A DNA stretch of 63,704 nt, filler included, from Octopus bimaculoides (GCF_001194135.2; 4 parts of 4 records of this genome joined end to end with filler, not necessarily neighbours in it), one strand, 5' to 3'; counted from the whole stretch's first letter, positions 13,283-24,393 are shown. Numbers and translations are program-made. The notes: generated from the letters alone by a model not told the origin.

Positions 13283-13894
13283 TCAACCCTTTAGCAATTA
13301 AACTGGTCATATCAGGCGCAATGGCCCAGGGTTTAGGGCAGCAGACTCGCGGTCATAGGATTGCGGTTTCGATTCCCGGACCGGGTGTTGTGAGTGTTTA
13401 TTGAGCGAAAACACCTCAAGCTCCACGAGGCTCCGGCAGGGGATGGTGGCGAACCCTGCTGTACTCTTCCACTACAACTTTCTCTCACTCTTACTTCCTG
13501 TTTCTGTTGTGCCTATAATTCAAAGGGCCAGCCTTGTCACACTGTGTCACGCTGAATATCCCCGAGAAGTACGTTAAGGGTACACGTGTCTGTGGAGTGC
13601 TCAGCCACTTGCACATTAATTTCAGGCTGTTCCGTTGATCGGATCAACTGGAACCCTTGACGTTGTAAGCGACGGTGTACCAACACACACACATCAAGCC
13701 CAATTGTTTTACTTGTTTTCACATTCAAACAAGTCAGATTCAGCCTTTCACACCTACCCAACACTGTCATTCTAAAAGTAAACTGTATCAGTCATTGAAA
13801 TCTCGAAACTATGAGATATTGCTTGATTAATTCAAAACAATGTAAATAAATAAGCATCACATTTGACAAAGTATTCTGAATGCTAAAGGGTTAA
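13283..13894 (-). mobile_element. piggyBac-type MITE interrupted by a tRNA-derived SINE
   Basis: Left end tcaaccctttagca and right end gctaaagggttaa; body homologous to 12777-13004. A further partial copy follows to ~14050. Confidence 0.65.
13315..13685 (+). mobile_element. tRNA-derived SINE (family B; Arg-TCG-like head)
   Basis: ggcgcaatggcccag..gactcgcgg..gtttcgattcccggaccggg head with A/B boxes, followed by ~300 bp of non-tRNA body. Confidence 0.8.
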
Positions 13895-14479
13895 CCTGGC
13901 CATATCCAGCCCAAATATTCTACCCATCCTATGTTCAGACCAGCCAGATCTGGCCTCCCACAATCATACCCTTGAAATCATGATTAATTCAAAACAATGT
14001 GAATAAATAAGCAATGCACTTGACAGAAATTAATCTGAATACTAAAGAGCTAAATTCCCAAATACAGTCCCAAATATCTCTCACATCCTCTACTAATTCA
14101 CATATTTACATAAAAGCAATTAACTATATATCAATATAGCCATATATTATCACATGGAGGGTAATTAGTGATATACAAATAGATATGTTGTATGAAGGTA
14201 ATTAATTGTACCCTAGTAGATTTATTACATGGAGGGTGGTTAATAGTATATACACTAATGGATATAATTTAAAATAACATGGAGATAATTTACTCTTTAT
14301 AAGTGAGGTGATATATCATGTGGAGGTAATTAACTCATTATACATGAGGTAATCATTTATGTACTACATTCAAACATTCAATGAAAGTGAAGTTTGAAAA
14401 CACATTGATATCTCTATCAGTATCTGAAGCAGCTCACACAACAACAACACAGGCAGCAGCAGCAGCAGCAGCAGCAGCA

Positions 14480-14510
<31 letters not shown>

Positions 14511-14512
14511 TT

Positions 14513-14728
14513 AAGGCAGCAAGCTGGCAGAATCATTAGCGTCCTGAACAGAATGCTTAGCGGTATTTTGCCCATCGCTTCATTCTGAGTTCAAATTCCA
14601 CCAAGGTCGGCTTTGCTTTCAGCCTTTTGGGGTTGGTAAATGAAGTATCAGCAAAACGCTGGGGTTGATGTAATCGACTAGTCCCTCCCTCCCCACAAAT
14701 TTCAGCCCTTGTGGCCAATAAAAAAAGG

Positions 14729-14760
<32 letters not shown>
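14513..14760 (+). mobile_element. SINE family A, full length with (ATT)n tail
   Basis: aaggcagcaagctggcagaa head, gagttcaaattcc B box, core, ggccaataaa..(att)n tail. Confidence 0.85.
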
Positions 14761-14761
<1 letters not shown>

Positions 14762-15320
14762 GAGTGAGAGAGCAGTGCATGCCATCAAAGTGACACTGGG
14801 GTAAAATATACGAAGTCCAGTGTACCCATCATGACTACCCGTCTGATAAGGGTCCACCAGGCACATGCATCATCACAACCATATGTGCGCAAGATGGTGA
14901 TCTCATATCAAGATAAACAGTGCATGACCTTGCAGGTGGAGCCCAGTTAGCATTTACTTCAGATCGAGTAGCCCACCCCACTCAAAAGGTCCCTGAATAA
15001 GGGTTATTTAAGTATGTTGTACAAAACACCCATGTTTCCAAAGGTGAATTATCCAAACCCCAAAGAATTCCTCTCAACACATGACTATGATGCTCTCCCA
15101 CTACTTCTGCTCATGATCAGAGATGCACGTATCGTCAGCCACCAAGGGACATGCTCAGCTGGTTACGGTCAAACAACTGACAAGTAAATCTGTGGTATTG
15201 AGCAGAATATTTGCTGTAGCCCATCTTTTATACCAAGACAAAACAATGTACATGATAACACTTCCAATCAGTTAAGATCAGAAGCCATGAGAACCACTGC
15301 CTGGTACTACATCAGGGTTA
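14761..15320 (-). mobile_element. Dispersed repeat with (AAT)n tail, probably a LINE 3' UTR (second copy 52700-53063, + strand)
   Basis: Long homology to the reverse complement of 52700-53063. Confidence 0.7.
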
Positions 15321-15469
15321 CTATTAACAGTAGAGGTAGTGAGGAAGTTTCACTGCAGCCACTTGACCTTAATATGACAATTAAATTTCCCCACAACAAA
15401 CTCCTTACTGTCATTAAAATAGGGACCACTTAATTCACTGAAGGAGCTTCTTTGTAGTCACTTGATCTT

Positions 15470-15985
15470 AACATTTTGGCACAGGGCCAGCAATGTTTAG
15501 GAGTGGAGTAAGTCGATTACATCAACTCAAGTTCACTACTTTGATAAGAATAACAATAATGGCTTCAAATGTTGGCACAAGGCCAGCAATTTGGGGAGAA
15601 GGACTAGGTCAAAGTAATCACCCCCCAGTGTTCAAGTGGTACTTATTTTTCTGACCACAAAAGGATGACAATCAAAGTCAACTTCAGCAGAATATGAACT
15701 CAGAACATAAAGTCAAACGAAACACCACTAAACATTTTGCCCAGAGTTCTAATGATTCTGCCAGTTCACCACCAGACTTGGTCATAATATTACAACCAAA
15801 TCCAGGGCAGCAAGCTGGCAGGATCGTTAGCAAGCCAGGCAAAATACTTGGTGGTATTCCATCCCATTTTACGTTCTAAGTTCAAATTTCGCCGGGGTCA
15901 ACTTCACCTTTCATTCTTTCAGGGTTGATAAAATAAGTACCAGTTGAGCACTGGGGTTGATCTAATCAACTTAATCCTTTCCCTG
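15470..15985. mobile_element. Degenerate SINE family A copies (minus, then plus)
   Basis: Core motifs ggcacaaggccagcaattt, gaactcagaa, gggttgataaaataagtaccag. Confidence 0.7.
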
Positions 15986-16593
15986 AGTTCCACAAGAGAG
16001 TTCCACCAAATCAAGCCAAACACATCTATGGCCATTTCAGGAGTTCTCTGCTGTGGTTCGAGTGGAACTCTCTTACACTCCTGGACTCCAACCTACCTTG
16101 GTTTTTATGAAATGAACTTTTTTGGCATACTTTTATGAGGGGAGGAAGAACAAAAAAAATTTTTTAGTCAATTGATATTTTATTTTATTTAGATTTTTAG
16201 TCAAATGACACACTTTAGAACTTTTAGTCAATTATATATACCTTCTAGATAGGCCGTTCTATATATTTGTATTTTTATTTGCATTATATATTTTTTACCT
16301 TCTGTGCTTTTTTTATATATGTATTCTTTATATGATAAAGGCCATGGTAATATTTATATATGATCAAATGTATGAAAGCGTGGCATTATATAAAGTCGTT
16401 GACTCAAATTTGATGTTTGTTCTCTAATCAATGTTTTTTTTATCTCTGTCTCAATTAAATTTGAGCACTTCTTTTTAGCAGTCTCATAAACCCTTTTGTC
16501 TCCATAAAAAGAGGCAAAAATTATTTCTTGTCATATATTTCATTTCAAAGTTTTCATTTCAAAGTTTCAGCTCAGAGCTGCGGCCATGCTGAG

Positions 16594-16682
16594 ATGTGGC
16601 ATTAATATAATTTATTAACTGCAAAAATTTAACAGAAAATATGCTGAATTTTTGCAGTTAATGAATTATATTAATGCCACAT
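16594..16682. repeat. 36-bp inverted repeat hairpin, 17-nt loop
   Basis: Arms 16594-16629 and 16647-16682; 1 mismatch. Confidence 0.9.
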
Positions 16683-16954
16683 TTCCTGGATTTTAATTTG
16701 AATACTTATAAACCAAGATTTATACTTAAAACCTATTATTTTATGAATATTACTATTCACAAAAAAACATAGGCAATAAACCAGTAATTTGTTGGATATT
16801 TTTATCCTTTAATGAGGCTATTTTAACTTCTATTTAAATAAATATATATATATAGATAGAAAAGAGTAGAAATTGATATCATTAAATAATATCAATTTCA
16901 ACCAGTGGTCAGCATACTTAAAAATGTCTGAGGACCGTGAATTCTATTTAAACA

Positions 16955-17270
16955 TAAACAATATGAGAGACCACTATATGAATCCCTTGTATGCTAACTC
17001 TATACATTCATATCATTTCACAGAGACGGGTGGTATCCAGTTCCATTGTTGTCAGCACCAATTTCACTGAGGACACACAGACAATTATTGAATTGTTCAT
17101 GTCGAAACCTTGAGGTATGGAATTAAGTGCTATGTTTATTTCTTTTCATTTGTGTAGCTCGTAAACATCTAGTGTGATACTAAGTTGAGAACACAGATTT
17201 AGTGGTAAGACAGTTTGACGTCTATTTTTAGCATACAAGAGATCCACATAGTGGTCTCTCATATTGTTTA
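16955..17270. repeat. 43-bp inverted repeat pair separated by 230 nt
   Basis: Arms 16955-16997 and 17228-17270; 3 mismatches, all transitions. Confidence 0.9.
17008..17108 (-). CDS. Candidate terminal coding exon (GFDMNNSIIVCVSSVKLVLTTMELDTTRLCEMI*)
   Basis: AAG acceptor at 17110-17109 after cttaattccatacctc; phase-1 compatible; TGA at 17010-17008. Weak support. Confidence 0.25.
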
Positions 17271-17296
17271 TATATATAACGATCGTACTGCATTAC

Positions 17297-17407
17297 CTCT
17301 AGATATCCTGTTGCTTATTTCGATTTCAATCACCTTATTTTGAAACTGTATAGATAATACCGTGCTAAATTCTGGTGCCTCAACTTCAGTACCATATTCA
17401 TCTGAAT
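17297..17407 (-). CDS. Next coding exon (111 bp, phase 1-1): (N)SDEYGTEVEAPEFSTVLSIQFQNKVIEIEISNRISR(G)
   Basis: Acceptor ..atttag at 17409-17408 and donor G|GTAATG at 17296. Phase matches the 17778 donor and the frame is open. Polypyrimidine tract is weak. Confidence 0.55.
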
Positions 17408-17418
17408 CTAAATTTTTA

Positions 17419-17476
<58 letters not shown>

Positions 17477-17778
17477 GAGTCAACAGATGAAATCCAGAGA
17501 TGCTCAATATAAAAAACATTTCATAGCGCTCAAATGATTTGAACTTACAATCCAAAATCCAAAGTCCATGGGGTAAAGAATCATTGTAAAGGGAATCCAA
17601 GTGAGAAGATGTAGAGATAATGATGCAAATTAACAAATGAAACAGCTTGAGCCAGACATACAATATATACATATAAATAGAGAGAAAACAAAGATGGCAA
17701 CACCATACCTTCTCCCCTTAATAATGCAACAACAAGAGAAACGTGTAAACAAAATTAAGAAAAAAGAAAATTCCTTAC

Positions 17779-20700
17779 TTTTCTCATAAACCTGATAATG
17801 AAATTGTTCCTGAGTTGCAACAAGGCGTTTGTTGAAGAAACTGCACAAGGGACAGTACAAGTAGCAATGTTCTTGCAACTGGTGTGGCAATGCATAGTTG
17901 CACTTCTGACAATGTGATGCACCATCGCATTCGCATTGCTTGCACTGAGAAAATGAAATGCATTCCGGCTTTGCCCCACCACCCTCATTGAACAATACTG
18001 ATGTGGGACAGAGACTATCAAATGTCCGGTGACGGCAGAAATCCACAGCCTCGAGTTCCTGTAAGGCTTCTTTTATTCTCTGCTCAATGTCTGTGAGGAA
18101 GGGCATCTCACTGTGATTGTCATTTGAATTTGTGATTTGTTTTGGGTTCTCATAAGAAGGGACATACCAAGATGGGGTGCGGATGACTGTGGTGCATGGG
18201 CCGGACTGTTGTTGTGTAGGGGGTTTGAGTCTGTTAGAGGAGGAACCCAAATTGACAGAGTTAGGGTTGTGGATGTGATTTAAAGATATGTGATCTCCGT
18301 CAGATGGGACTAGGTTTGAAACCTCGTTGAAACTTTCGCAGATGTTATGTTTGACATAGGCACCGTCTTGGCTGCTGTCACAGGAGTAACTCGTCGAGAT
18401 GTAGGAGTTGAGATTGTAGCAAGAAGGAGAAGTGCGGAGTTTGTTTGGAAAACACTGAGGTGGGTCAGCATTGGTAGGGGTTACAGGGTCCACATAGTCT
18501 GTGTCAGTCGACCCGTTTCCATGGAAACCTGCCTCCTGTGATATTGATATCTCATCAGCAATTGTGTTCTCAGGCATGGCACTAATACTGCTGTCTTCGC
18601 AACATTCACCAAAATCTTCATCACTCAAGTAATCTGGTACATCGGATTCTGACTTGAGACGGTATATGACTTTGTTTATGCGTTGGTTCAGTTCCTCCGT
18701 ATAAGTAAAAGCATCATCATCATCATCATCATCATCGTCATCATTGTCATCATCATCATCATCAGCATCAGCATCATTATCACCAGTGTCATTATTGGAA
18801 AATGAGTCGGAAAAGTTTTCTGAATTAGAAAGCTTTAAAGTGGAACAGCTGGAAAAATGACGTTCTTTGATATTCTTTTTCTCATCCACATATTTCACTT
18901 TATCAGGAGCACCATCACTGCAGACAGGATCATCATCAACATCATTGCTGTCATTAACTTTATAATAATCATGACGCTTATCATCATCATCATCATCATC
19001 TCCATTACCAACATCATCAGTGTCATAATTATCTGTGGTAACAATCAACTGATTAGAATCCATCCGTGTTAAACACCTGTGGTCAGGTGAGGACTGGTCA
19101 TCAATACTTAAGACAAGACCAGTGTCCAGCTTCTCCACAAGTAAATCATTTGGTAACTCCACTTCCTTAGTTTCTTCATTGTCTGACAACGAAGTATTCC
19201 CCAACACGATGGGCCCATCAAAAGCACAATTGCTCACATCGCAGTCCCTACCAAGATTATTCAAGTCCTCACAGCTTTGACCAATTATTCTCAAAGTTCT
19301 CCACTTTGGATGAGGTCCTGCAAATGATTCCAGCTGTTTTATGATATTTCCGATGTTGCTAGCTCTTTCAGGAATTTCCCGGTTCTTTTTAAAATCCTCA
19401 CAGTCTGAACATTTCGCATTGGATATTTCCAGTTTCCTTACAATGTCCTGAACTTTAAGTAAACACTGCGAATCCTGGAATTTATCAGAATTTTCGACAG
19501 TGGATGAATCAACAGGATTCTGTATTTCAGGAATGCTACAAGGGGGCACTGATATGCAGGTCATAGGTGTATTAATCTCAGTTAAACTTGAACTCCGACT
19601 TAAAGAAAGAAAAGCCTTCCCAGAACTCCTCTTGGTGCTGTAAACAAAACACCGTTCCCCCATGTTAACCGATGGTGATGTAAAATTATTTCTCGACGTC
19701 TGTGACGATGTATTCTCTGCACAGTTTGATGCTGTCTCTTCACGGTTCAATGCATCTTCTGTAAAGTTCTCTACACAATTATTTTTATCTTCATTCAACA
19801 CATCAGTTGGAGCTGATATTTGCTGCAGATGGAATGCTGTCTGAACAGGTGTTTCATTATCGATTTTGTTATCAACTGAAGGTTGACTGATGTCCAAACA
19901 GGAATGAGTGACTATTTGACCACAAGGAACCCAATCCTGATCCGGAGTCCTGTCGCACGTGTCAGCAACACAGGCAGGACTGTTACTCATATTTAAAGTA
20001 GGAGAGATGGTCACTTGAACTGGTGTTTCTGATATAGATTGGCTAAGCGTTTGACTGGGACCACAGTTTCCATCAAGGGAAGAATTCACTGAATCATCCA
20101 AGGATTGATTTTGCAACTTTTTATCAGCAGTCAAGGCTATTTTGTTTTTACTGGATTGGCAAAACTGCAACTCCATATACCGAATGATGTCCCGCACACA
20201 TCTCGAATTGCAACTGAGATCCTGCACACATTCATCAGAGCAACGAGAAAAGTCACATTGGTATTCCCCATCATTGCTAAGTGCTCCGAAGAAACGATCA
20301 CGCTGCTGGGAATGAGGAGAAGATGGTCGAGAATATCGATGAAGATGATGATGATGATGGTGATGATGAAGATGTAGATGCCTATCTGGGCAATTAGAAG
20401 AAACATCTACAATTACTGCACTTGGCTTCTCAAGTGCTCCACTTGCTGTAGAATGATCCAATTGAGATTTAATTCCGGTTGTGTGGAAATCAGAATGATT
20501 AGAATGTATGGAATTGGGTGATAAATCCTGTGCAGGAGAATCATTTGTCACTGCGGCTGTCACTGAACTGGTATCACTGTCCTGCTTTGTGGACCTACAA
20601 AGTACAGAACCATTGGGTCCTGACTCAGGAGTGTCTTTTACTGAAGATACTTCATTTGTAACACAGGGTTTTCTGTTACAGCAGGCAGAGGTCCCTAAAT

Positions 20701-21541
20701 CTGAGTGCAACACACCCCTTCTTTCAAATTGAAATTTTTTATCAGCAACATGCCCGTTTGTACATTTTCCCTGTGGTTTTGTTACTGATGATCTGCAACA
20801 GACAGTCCTTTTAGGGGAAACACCTAATTGCGATAGTAAATCTTCGATCCCTGTCGTGAGGGTTCTGTGTAGAATTTGGTTCAATTCCTCATTGCTTTTC
20901 AAACTTTTCAGACACTCAAATGGCATATAAATACTTGCGAGTTCTGTGAGCAGTTCATCTGAAGACACAAAGCCCATGTTAGCGTTTTGATTGATAGAGT
21001 TCTTTTGAAATTGAACCAGCTTCACACCCAGGCTCCAGTTACTGCTGTTATGCTGTATCATCCAGTTCTTAAGGCTTTCCAGTACATACACATTATTTAT
21101 CATGCTATCATTGCTGCAGTTATCTTCATCTTCTGCTTTATTCTCCTCTTCTTCTTCTTCTTCTCTGGAGTAATTCGACATGTCGACCTGTTGTGTAGAA
21201 TTGAGGCCTGAACTGCAGGCGCCCCACAAAATCCGCATTTCCTGGAGAACTCGTGTCACAAACACATGGCTGCTCTCACTTCTAACAACATTGGGGAAAC
21301 CAACAAGATGAAGAACATCGTGGAGGACTGTTGCAACATGTTGTGGCTTCTTGGACTCGATAGCATGCAGAATGAGCATCTTGCTAGCAGAATCCTGATA
21401 ACAGAAGATGTAGCTGTACTTCCAGTCAGAGAGAGATTCCATGTTAATTACATTCATCGTGGCAGAACTTTGTTTCATCTTAGAGTTGGATCTGGTCCCA
21501 GAATCAGTAAACATACTTGTTGTTGTTGTTGTTGTTGTTAG
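17779..21541 (-). CDS. Giant coding exon of a host gene: N-terminal inactive KRBA2/SCAND3-like (Ginger2/TDD-type) integrase fold, long Ser/Asp/His-rich low-complexity region, C-terminal Cys/His cluster
   Basis: Uninterrupted 1294-aa ORF (21514-17630) in an otherwise stop-riddled window. aa ~20-215 (YSYIFCYQDSASKMLIL..VA..L.D....GFPNVVRSE...W; NWMIQHNSSNWSLGVKLVQFQKN; EELNQIL) match the KRBA2-type integrase pattern from memory. Pyrimidine-rich acceptor ..tcattacag ends at 21542; donor A|GTAAGG at 17778. Only triplet repeats occur inside the ORF. Confidence 0.85.
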
Positions 21542-21852
21542 CTGTAATGATGGAGGTAAGTGGGGAGTAGATGAGGTTCAAACAGTGGTACTATTTTAGT
21601 TGTAGTTGTAATATTATTATTATTATTATTATTATTATTGGTGCTGTTAGTGGTATTGCAGTTGTTGTGGTTGTTGTTGTTGTTGTGTTTGCTGTTGTTG
21701 TTGTTGTTGTTGTGGAGGTGGTGGTGTTGGTGACAGGGAGGAGATTAGGTTGTAATAGTGGTATGCCAAGCTTGTTGCTGTTGTTGTGGTGATATCAGTG
21801 TTATTGCTGCTGTTTGTGGCTGTTGTTGTTGTTGTTATTGTGATGGATTTAC

Positions 21853-21948
21853 CATCATCATTGTTGCTGTTAAAGTATTTTTGTCATAATAGTTGCAAAG
21901 ACTGTTGATGTTGTTGGTAGTGGTGATGGTGATTGTGGTATAATCCAT
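21853..21948 (-). CDS. Candidate first coding exon (MDYTTITITTTNNINSLCNYYDKNTLTATMMM)
   Basis: ATG at 21948 and phase-0 donor ATG|GTAAAT at 21852 join in frame to the phase-0 acceptor at 21541 (311-bp intron). Sequence is low complexity, so this could be chance. Confidence 0.35.
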
Positions 21949-21980
21949 TAGTAGTAGTAGTAGTAATAGTAGTAATCCAT

Positions 21981-22012
<32 letters not shown>

Positions 22013-22267
22013 ATCCTCTGTTTCAATCGCCAGCTACTACATGTCTCCAAGTTGACGTAGTGTAGACTCAAAGCAAGGTGTGATAGTCACACTAGGAAGG
22101 GATATTCCCAACGTGTTGGAATCGCAGTATAAAAGCAAATCTCCATGCCGACCACCCAACCAGACACACAAACAGTAAGAGCGAGAGGGGGAGGGTTGTC
22201 TATCACACACAGTTCCATCTAACACAAAGGACGCAGGAACCTACCAAACTACTTAATACAAGCCCTG

Positions 22268-22670
22268 ACACCTCTCAAAAAAAGCCCAAGATCTTCTATA
22301 TTATCTCTTGTTTATACCATCCAGAAAGACCCAGACCCTACATGACAACTACCTGTTAGGGGCCTACTTTTACTCAGCTAAATGATACACCTCACAAAAA
22401 TGACAAAGAATCTGCTAAAACTTTCAGTTATTAGTCTACATCACACAGTAAAGGACCAGGACTTCGTAAATTAGTTGTTACTTATCAACACCGAGCAAAA
22501 AAGGCCCTGGATTTGCTAAACTATCAGCAACTAGTTGGTACCACCCAGAAAACTGTCATTACTTAGGAGACCGGTTCTACTAAACTACCTAATACTAGTC
22601 AATACCTCACAGAAAAACGGCCCAGGATTTACTAAACTGTTACCAGTCGACACTAACAAGGAAGGCCAGC
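22268..22670. repeat. Degenerate ~50-60 bp minisatellite
   Basis: Recurring cacctcac-aaaaa-ggcccaggattt-(g/a)ctaaact motif, ~6 copies. Confidence 0.5.
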
Positions 22671-22832
22671 ATTAGATGTGATAAACTGCAAGCGCTAACT
22701 TTCTGTTTCACACTGTTACCACTTGACGTTGTGGTCTCAGCAACTAAAGTCTCATAGCAGTCACCAGTCTCTCTCTCGCTCGCATACACATTTTCTATGT
22801 CTTTTTCTCTGTATGTGCGCCCTTCCCTCTTG

Positions 22833-22884
<52 letters not shown>

Positions 22885-24231
22885 CGCACACACACTCTCT
22901 TGTGTATCTGTGTATGATGCACTCTGACTTTCATGTCTCATACACACACACATGCACATACGCACACACACGAGCGTGCACATGCACACACACACTGTTT
23001 GGCAACAGAATTAACTACATACACCAAGAACTATCACATAACATAACATCCGGTGGGGGGGTGGTAGTGGTGGTGGTGAGGGTTTTTTTTTTTTAGTGGG
23101 GCGTGTAATTGTAACGGTGGGTATGGTGGTGGTAATAACAATGAACTAAAACAGTGGTGGTGGTGGTGGTGTTGCTGGTGGTGGTGGTGTNNNNNNNNNN
23201 NNNNNNNNNNNNNNNNNNNNNNNNNNNNNNNNNNNNNNNNNNNNNNNNNNNNNNNNNNNNNNNNNNNNNNNNNNNNNNNNNNNNNNNNNNNNNNNNNNNN
23301 NNNNNNNNNNNNNNNNNNNNNNNNNNNNNNNNNNNNNNNNNNNNNNNNNNNNNNNNNNNNNNNNNNNNNNNNNNNNNNNNNNNNNNNNNNNNNNNNNNNN
23401 NNNNNNNNNNNNNTATCTTCTTTTGTTTTTTGTTTTTATTTGTTTTTTTTTATATCATTGTTGGAGGGGGGGGGACTGTTTCTATTATTTATTTTTTTTT
23501 CAAAGAGGCTAGAGATGACCAATTCTTTGACCAATTCTTTGACCAATTCTTTCACTGTAGCAACAGCAACAGCAGCAGCAGGTGTGAGCCCATGAGAATG
23601 CCTCTGTGTGATTGCATGACTTCCTAGAAATAGCAGCCAAATTTCACTTCAATCAGACATACACAATTGTAAAAAAAAAAAAAAAGATGCATTGAATGAT
23701 ATAGTCCTAAATACACTATTCTTGTAAACTAGATGAGGTGGTCACAACAGGAACAGCTTTGTACTTAAGTTTTCATGATCAAGACTGACCCAGGACTAAA
23801 CAACAACATGGCAAAGCACTATATAGTTGCTTGATTTGCTAGAAATAGCAGCAAATCTTCTTTAATTAACAAACTACCAATTAAAAAATAGGAAGGACAC
23901 ATTAGTTAATATAATCCTAGATACACCAGGTCTGAATAAAGGATGGGATGGCCACAACAGGAACATCTCTGTTAAATGAGTATGTGTGTGTATATATGTG
24001 CATGCATGCTTGTGAGTGTATGTGTGCACACATGCAAGTATTTGTGTGTATACACCCAATTCCCCCTGCCCCTTTTTTTCTTCCCTTAAATGACTCATTC
24101 ACTGTTCACATCCGGTGCATGATTCTAAGTATTGTTCATGCACACTTTTAGCTACATTTTCTATGGAATTGTAATGCACCTGAGCACGATAGACAATAAG
24201 TTCATTATTATTATTATTATTATTATTATAT

Positions 24232-24393
24232 AAAGGATTGAGGTAACTCCTCCAGAAGATATGGAGCCAAAATTAAAAGAAGAGTGCCATTGTGAAGATA
24301 CACGAGATGTCGAAATACCGTTCACTAGATGACAATGGCACTCTTCTTTTGATTTTGACTCTATATCTTCAGGAGGAGTTACCTCAATCCTTT
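24232..24393. repeat. 62-bp inverted repeat (foldback/MITE-like), 38-nt loop; loop plus partial arm duplicated at 24444-24513
   Basis: Arms 24232-24293 and 24332-24393; 4 mismatches. Confidence 0.9.

Noticed and set aside
13315-13390. tRNA-Arg(TCG) gene; likewise tRNA-like heads at ~56051 and ~57385
   Set aside because: Stems are imperfect and each head is fused to a repeated SINE body.
17024-17114. Plus-strand exon-like segment (tttcacag|...GAG|gtatgg) and a second at 17158-17203
   Set aside because: Only one open frame with no recognisable product, the second segment has stops in all frames, the spacing is 43 nt, and no other plus-strand exons support it.
17630-17778. Last ~49 codons of the 1294-aa ORF (..KEFSFFLILFTRFSCCC..) as a hydrophobic C terminus
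   Set aside because: Follows a consensus GTAAGG donor and is T-rich; probably intron read-through, though a retained-intron isoform is not excluded.
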